From positions 8,581 through 72,580 of the forward strand of contig CAMCFO010000003.1 in NCBI GenBank assembly GCA_945874155.1: a stretch of 64,000 nt of DNA, given 5' to 3'. The notes under the pieces are model-generated. The model searched no databases and was not told where the DNA came from. It was given only the letters and a program-made list of their open reading frames with translations. Made by a program: the position numbers and the translations under genes. Position 1 is the stretch's first letter; each line of letters starts with the position of its first letter. This stretch comes from an uncultured Bacteroidales bacterium. Its GTDB lineage: Bacteria; Bacteroidota; Bacteroidia; Bacteroidales; UBA932. Positions 59,238-64,000 of the stretch are shown here, in pieces.

Positions 59238-59590
59238 TATTTTTTGAGCAGTTCGTCTATGTGTTCCACGTAGTCGAGGCTGGAGTCGAGGAAGAAGATG
59301 ATTTCAGGCACGATGCGCAGTTGCTTGCCCATAGCCCGTCCGAGTTCGCCCCTAAGTGCTCTGACATTTTCCTTGAGCCTGCCCATCACCGCGTCTGCCT
59401 TTGCGGAAGGGAAGATGCTCACGTAGATTTTTGCCACGGAGAGGTCCGAGCTGATTTTCACTCCGCTGACGCTCACCAAGGCCCCGTCAAATGCGGCCAT
59501 CCCTTTGCTGCGGATAATCTCTGCCATTTCCCTTTGGATTTCCCTCGCCACCTTCAACTGGCGGGTGCTTTCTGCTGTATTGTTTTCCAT
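59237..59590 (-). CDS. rbfA: Ribosome-binding factor A
   Basis: RQLKVAREIQ, DLSVAKIYVS, LRIVPEIIFFLDSSL. Confidence 0.94.
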   Translation of the reverse strand: MENNTAESTRQLKVAREIQREMAEIIRSKGMAAFDGALVSVSGVKISSDLSVAKIYVSIFPSAKADAVMGRLKENVRALRGELGRAMGKQLRIVPEIIFFLDSSLDYVEHIDELLKK

Positions 59591-59731
59591 ATTTTGTTCT
59601 GTTTTTACCTCATCCCCGACCAGTACGGGGAGTCGTTCCAGTGAATAGACAACATTCCCCGCAAAAATAAGTAAATTTTACGGGGAAATGAAATCTTAAT
59701 CAGCTTTGCTGCTTCTTTGTCAAAGGCCCGC

Positions 59732-59803
59732 TGTTAAGATTTTGTTAATAGGGGCAAAAATCATAGAATAATTTTGAATATATGTTTTAAATGTCGAAAT
59801 TTG
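59732..59803 (+). promoter_or_regulatory. Cassette-2 promoter with TGTTAA-N5-TGTTAA operator, -33 TTTG and -7 GAAATTTG
   Basis: TGTTAA at 59732 and 59743, TTTG 59773, GAnnTTTG 59796; constant 48008-bp offset from the cassette-1 elements. Confidence 0.75.
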
Positions 59804-59850
59804 CGGGCTGAAAGAGAAGTCCTGGGATTCCCGGGCAAAGGCAATTGAAA

Positions 59851-60018
59851 ATGAATAATTTGAGAATGAACAGTAATGCGTTGACTCCCAACGGTTTGAG
59901 GGGGGGGTATTATTGCGTCATTCTGAATGAGTTTGACAGTCCGGCTGCATTAGCAGTTGACAAGTATATACAGCGGGTGCTGACACCAAAAGTGTCAGTG
60001 CCCTTTTTTCGTATGTAG
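59851..60018 (+). CDS. Putative leader peptide (55 aa) containing a G8 tract and reading through a terminator
   Basis: MNNLRMNSNALTPNGLRGGYYCVILNEFDSPAALAVDKYIQRVLTPKVSVPFFRM; G8 at 59900-59907. Confidence 0.5.
   Translation: MNNLRMNSNALTPNGLRGGYYCVILNEFDSPAALAVDKYIQRVLTPKVSVPFFRM
59975..60009 (+). terminator. Leader terminator/attenuator hairpin, cassette 2
   Basis: GGGTGCTGACAC-caaaa-GTGTCAGTGCCC-TTTTTT. Confidence 0.8.
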
Positions 60019-60136
60019 TGTTTTGCAGCGGATTGCGTATGTGGTGTTTTGCAGCTGAACTTTGAATTGCAGGCACTCCGCTTTGATTGAGAATTGAGAT
60101 AAACGGACAACATAATCAATTTTGATAGGTAACACG

Positions 60137-60183
60137 AGGGGGTACGTCGATGAGAATCGCCGGGTGAGTCCGAACAGCCCCCT
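60137..60183 (+). ncRNA. Putative cis-acting structured RNA element (unassigned), cassette 2
   Basis: Identical to 12076-12122. Confidence 0.55.
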
Positions 60184-60221
60184 TCTTTTGATTATTGTTG
60201 AACAACTAAATAATTAAAACA

Positions 60222-60377
60222 ATGAACAAGAAAACAAAAATTTCAACCTATGAGTCGCCTCTGGTACTTGAAGAGGTGCTCCACATTGAGCAGGGGTTTG
60301 CTCAGAGTAACTTCGGCGAAGCAAATGAGGCCGGATCAGAACTTACTGAAAATAAGGATTATTCGTATGACCTTTAA
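60222..60377 (+). CDS. Small 51-aa peptide MNKKTKISTYESPLVLEEVLHIEQGFAQSNFGEANEAGSELTENKDYSYDL
   Basis: Hand translation; 28 of the first 29 residues identical to the 12161 peptide. Confidence 0.75.
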   Translation: MNKKTKISTYESPLVLEEVLHIEQGFAQSNFGEANEAGSELTENKDYSYDL

Positions 60378-60389
60378 TCTTATGCTGCT

Positions 60390-63329
60390 ATGAAAAATTT
60401 CTTGATTAAATCTGCAGCATTGGCTGCGTTGACCGTAATCTCTGCGGTTTCTTGTACAAAAGAACAAAATGTGGACGCATCTGTTTCTCAACCAGAATTG
60501 CACTTTATCATAAAGACTGCGGAGAATACTCCTGTAAAGTCCTTTATTTATAATAATCTTGACGGAACATATACTCCGAAGTGGACCAATGGAGACGAAC
60601 TTGCAATCTTCATCGGAACTATTTCTGACAAGACATCTTCCACTACAGCTACGTTATCGAATACAACTGAAACCGGAACGACTGCAAAATTTGAAGGAAC
60701 AGTTCCTACTGGCCTGACAGAAGGCACGTTCCTTTCTTTCAGCCCTGCCGATGCATTTGAGAAAGGATACACAGATGGTACAGTAGGTATAAATTTGTCA
60801 GAGATTCAATCTCCAAGCAGTCTGACCATTGATGAGGCATGCGATGTGTTGGTAGCAAGGCCTTGTGATTATACGGCGGAGAATGGGACTGTAGCAATCA
60901 AGGACTTGTATTTCAAACGAATCTTCTCAATTGTAAAGGTAAATCTCAAAGGCGTAGATGCTCTCAATAGCGAAAAAGTGACTTCGTTCACTCTTAGTGC
61001 ACCTGCAACCCTTACAGGTAGTGCTGCTGTGGATCTCTCTACCGCAAGCATTTCCCAGTGGAATACGAAAAATGAGTCTGTTGTTGCAAATTATACGAAA
61101 GATAATCCTGTATTTGGAGGAGAGGAAGGTTTGGAGAATACTGTATGGCTTGTTGTAAATCCTACCACTGTCGCCTCAGGTTCTGTAGTTACTTTCTCTG
61201 GGGAGACCGATAACTACACATTCTCTAAAGAGGTCACCCTTTCAAAGGATTTAGTTTTCCCTCAGAGCCAGATGGCGGTAATCAATCTTACCATAGGGGA
61301 AGGCAATTATACAGCAAAGACTGCTGAGACCAGAATCTTTGTGGAGGGATTTGATAATGTTGAAACTAAAGAAACTCAACTTCAGCCTTCTGTAACAGGT
61401 GCATCAGGCACGGGTGTGACGGAAGCACTTGCCTATACATATAGTAGTAAGAATACTAATTTGCGTTTTAATAACAATGGTCATTCAAGCACCAATCCAT
61501 ATCTGTATCTTTCGGGTGCAAATGACAATCTGATTATCAGCAACATAAAGATTAGTGGTGAGACGGCATTGAAATTCTCATATCAGGCAAAGACTAATTC
61601 GGGTTCAGCTACTATTACAATCAACTACAAGGAGAGTTCTTCTGATGTTTGGACGAAAGTTGGAACATCTACTGCTGAGACTGGGACATTTGATACGGTT
61701 AACGCCAATGTTTTTAATGTAAGTTCAGAGGCGACTTCTATAGATATTCAGATTGTAGGAAGTGCCGCTGCTCTTGTTGATGACCTTGTTTTGGAATCAT
61801 TCGTTGACACCCGAACCACGCTTTCTACTCCTGCAAACGTATCTGCAAGTGTGGATTCTGAAACCCCTAACAAGGTGAATGTTTCTTGGGGTTCCGTTGA
61901 GAATGCTTCCGGATATGAGGTTGTTCTCAGCTCTGAAGGAAAAGAGGACATTGTTAAGACATCAAGCACTTCTCCTCTTGCAGTTTCAGGCCTTGATTAT
62001 TCTACAACATATTCAGTTAAGGTAAAGGCTACAACTACAGATGTTGAGAACTATATTGAGTCTGAATACTCGGCAGCAGTTTCTGTGACTACTGAAGACA
62101 AGCCGGTAGGAGCAGCCGAGTGGGTGTCTACTTCTTTTGCAAATCTTAAGGCTGGAGATAAGGTTGTTATTGTCAGAAAAAGTGGTACTACCTACGCTAT
62201 GACTAATGGTAATGGTACAAGTAAAGCTCCAACTGCAAAATCTGTAACTGTTACTGGAGATAAGTTAGAAAAAATTCCAGAAAGCGATATCGTATGGTAT
62301 GTCGGAGTAAATGAGTCTAACAAGATATTCTATACATCCAGCGAAATGACGTCTTGGTTGTATTGCACGTCAACCAATAACGGTGTTAGAGTCGGCACCA
62401 ATACTAATAAGACATTTACTTATACTAACAATTATTTACAGCATGTTGGTACTTCGAGATATCTTGGAGTTTACAATAATGCAGATTGGAGGTGCTATAC
62501 TGCTTATGACGCAGAAAATATCAAGGATCAAACTTTCGGCTTCTTTGTTGAACAGTCCGGCTCTTCCGCAGGCGGTTCTGATCCTGTGAAACTGGCTACT
62601 CCTTCAGTGAGTTGCACAGCCAAGACTGCGACCAGCCTTACCTTCTCTTGGGCTGCAGTTGCCAATGCAAGTGGTTATCAGGTGAGCACAGACGGTGGCA
62701 AGTCTTATGGCTCTACACAGACCGAAACCAGCTACACCTGGACAGACCTTCAAGCCAACACTTCTCATACTCTGTATGTCAAAGCCATCGGTGACGGCAC
62801 CAACTACACAGACTCCGATGCTGCAACAGCCACTGGAACTACCACTTCTGGCGGTTCTACTGGTGGAGAACCAACTGTATTATACACATTGGATGCGACT
62901 GGTACTTTACAAGGAACAAATAACAGCTATACTGGCAATTGCGATATTAAATCTGACGGTATAACCTGGAATGTTACCGGTAATACCCAAATTAATCCTT
63001 GGAGAATGGGTGGTAAGTCAATTACAAATGTGGATAGGGCTGCTTATACTAAAACAGCATTCTCTAAAGCGTTAACTTCAATTGATGTAACATTTGGGGA
63101 AGCCTCTTCGATAAAAGTCAATTCTTGCAAGATTGTTTATTCGACTTCTGCTGATTTCAGCAACAGTAAGGAGGCCGTAGGAAAATTTGCAGCTAGTTCT
63201 ACTGTTAAGTTTGAAGCAGATTATCCGGCAAATTGTTATTATAAATTAATACTTAATGTAAGCGTTTCTAGCTCTAAGAGTAATGGATATGTTCAATTGT
63301 CAAAGATTGAATTCATTGGAAACAATTGA
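60390..63329 (+). CDS. Large surface lipoprotein (fimbrillin-like N-terminus, FN3-like modules)
   Basis: Lipobox AVSC-TKE, VKSF..KWTNGDEL, LSTPANV..VSWGSVENASGYEV and LATPSV..FSWAAVANASGYQV FN3 patterns. Confidence 0.75.
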   Translation: MKNFLIKSAALAALTVISAVSCTKEQNVDASVSQPELHFIIKTAENTPVKSFIYNNLDGTYTPKWTNGDELAIFIGTISDKTSSTTATLSNTTETGTTAKFEGTVPTGLTEGTFLSFSPADAFEKGYTDGTVGINLSEIQSPSSLTIDEACDVLVARPCDYTAENGTVAIKDLYFKRIFSIVKVNLKGVDALNSEKVTSFTLSAPATLTGSAAVDLSTASISQWNTKNESVVANYTKDNPVFGGEEGLENTVWLVVNPTTVASGSVVTFSGETDNYTFSKEVTLSKDLVFPQSQMAVINLTIGEGNYTAKTAETRIFVEGFDNVETKETQLQPSVTGASGTGVTEALAYTYSSKNTNLRFNNNGHSSTNPYLYLSGANDNLIISNIKISGETALKFSYQAKTNSGSATITINYKESSSDVWTKVGTSTAETGTFDTVNANVFNVSSEATSIDIQIVGSAAALVDDLVLESFVDTRTTLSTPANVSASVDSETPNKVNVSWGSVENASGYEVVLSSEGKEDIVKTSSTSPLAVSGLDYSTTYSVKVKATTTDVENYIESEYSAAVSVTTEDKPVGAAEWVSTSFANLKAGDKVVIVRKSGTTYAMTNGNGTSKAPTAKSVTVTGDKLEKIPESDIVWYVGVNESNKIFYTSSEMTSWLYCTSTNNGVRVGTNTNKTFTYTNNYLQHVGTSRYLGVYNNADWRCYTAYDAENIKDQTFGFFVEQSGSSAGGSDPVKLATPSVSCTAKTATSLTFSWAAVANASGYQVSTDGGKSYGSTQTETSYTWTDLQANTSHTLYVKAIGDGTNYTDSDAATATGTTTSGGSTGGEPTVLYTLDATGTLQGTNNSYTGNCDIKSDGITWNVTGNTQINPWRMGGKSITNVDRAAYTKTAFSKALTSIDVTFGEASSIKVNSCKIVYSTSADFSNSKEAVGKFAASSTVKFEADYPANCYYKLILNVSVSSSKSNGYVQLSKIEFIGNN

Positions 63330-63365
63330 CTCCCATCCGTCGGTGGCGACGGGGTGAAGAGCCCA
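63323..63365 (+). other. Conserved cargo-stop element, cassette 2
   Basis: CAATTGACTCCCATCCG..CGGGGTGAAGAGCCCA, matches 15354-15390. Confidence 0.7.
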
Positions 63366-63393
63366 CAGCAACAGTAACAACCGACGGAGCAAT

Positions 63394-63435
63394 GAATAAG
63401 AGCCAGACAGGGTCGCCCCTGTCTGGCTCTTATTC
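63394..63435 (+). terminator. Perfect 19-bp hairpin after cassette 2
   Basis: GAATAAGAGCCAGACAGGG-tcgc-CCCTGTCTGGCTCTTATTC. Confidence 0.8.
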
Positions 63436-63589
63436 GTCATTGACAGGTTCGGTAATTGAGGCAGGCTTCAAATGGTCCGACAGTCTGTAAATCTTCCACA
63501 CAGTCATTCTACAAGGATGACACGCCCATCATTAAAAATGAGTGATTCTTTGTAGCCAATGATACCATCCTTAAATTTAGCTGCAAAAG

Positions 63590-63620
63590 TTTGTGGAAAT
63601 CGAAAAAGTCCGTATATTTG
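63590..63620 (+). promoter_or_regulatory. Consensus Bacteroidetes sigma-ABfr promoter
   Basis: TTTG 63590-63593, 19-bp spacer, TATATTTG 63613-63620. Confidence 0.7.
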
Positions 63621-63811
63621 TGGCGTAGTAATACAATGTTTAGCCGAAAGGCTATATTAGGAAAACGAATTAGGTATTCAGCCCCACTACTGAATGCCTT
63701 TTTCTTTTCTTAAAGGATACTAAAGCCGAGGGATGTACTCTCATGTAACCCGAGTTTGTTTCCACTTTTCCTAATAAACGGGATAACGTTGTCCCAATAT
63801 ATTGTATTACT

Positions 63812-63952
63812 ATGAAACAAAAACTTGCTGTCACAGTGAGATTTCAAGTTGAAGTCGACACTGCCAAGATTGTCAAGGTCAAGTCGCACAAGCGGGTTGT
63901 CAATGACAAAACAGTCAAGGTGCGTTCTCACTATCGTGTTATTGGGGGATAA
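63812..63952 (+). CDS. Small basic 46-aa protein with duplicated VKV(K/R)SHxR motif
   Basis: Hand translation MKQKLAVTVRFQVEVDTAKIVKVKSHKRVVNDKTVKVRSHYRVIGG; upstream promoter. Confidence 0.55.
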   Translation: MKQKLAVTVRFQVEVDTAKIVKVKSHKRVVNDKTVKVRSHYRVIGG

Positions 63953-64000
63953 CTCAGTAGTCGAGTAGCACCGACCGCTACCTTGCGGTGATCCACTTCC

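Noticed and set aside
59881-59890. TTGACTCCCA in leader 2 matching the cargo-stop element at 63326
   Set aside because: Only 10 bp and absent from leader 1; treated as chance
11724-63435. Twin cassettes as a diversity-generating retroelement
   Set aside because: No reverse transcriptase in the window and no TR/VR pair differing only at adenines; the shared sequence is mostly non-coding and 5'
63470-63590. Short minus-strand coding-like fragment (KFKDGIIGYKESLIFNDGRVILVE)
   Set aside because: No start, interrupted by stops, family not recognisable without a search
63710-63931. 73-aa minus-strand ORF
   Set aside because: Antisense to the promoter-supported 46-aa plus-strand ORF; no motif
1-64000. 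tRNA, rRNA, tmRNA, integrase or DDE transposase genes
   Set aside because: None recognised by eye; a tRNAscan-SE or Infernal run would be needed to exclude them formally

Overview
Bacteroidales chromosomal window (TAnnTTTG -7 / TTTG -33 promoters, SusC/SusD pairs, many lipoproteins). No rRNA, tRNA or CRISPR array was recognised. Layout: (1) 1-8.1 kb, the 3' part of a beta-1,3-glucan PUL (susC/D, lipoprotein, GH16, GH128, small peptide, fimbrillin-like lipoprotein). (2) 8.2-16.7 kb, an AT-richer accessory block with two AAA_14/DUF4143 ATPases preceded by exactly phased repeat arrays, a regulated surface-lipoprotein cassette and an Rpn/PD-(D/E)XK gene. (3) 17-35 kb, glpK, a hydrolase, a LacI regulator and a ribose-type PUL (rbsK, transporter, susC/D) carrying three ADP-ribosylglycohydrolase-fold domains and an esterase. 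(4) 35-59.6 kb, mostly housekeeping genes (VTC/DUF4956, ndk, ClC, tex, dapF, Trp-attenuated trpB2, ppa, relA, rpmH, rsmG, ECF sigma, polA, rbfA). (5) 59.7-64 kb, a second surface-lipoprotein cassette. The most striking feature is the pair of cassettes about 48 kb apart (11.7-15.5 kb and 59.7-63.4 kb). They share the same ordered control scaffold: 11-bp-phased operator and promoter, a G8-containing leader ORF that reads through a terminator only in the G8 state, a near-identical structured RNA element, a small peptide with constant N-terminus, a conserved element at the cargo stop codon and a terminator. The ~3-kb lipoprotein cargo between them is highly diverged. All alignments and translations not in the ORF track were done by eye; no database search was run.
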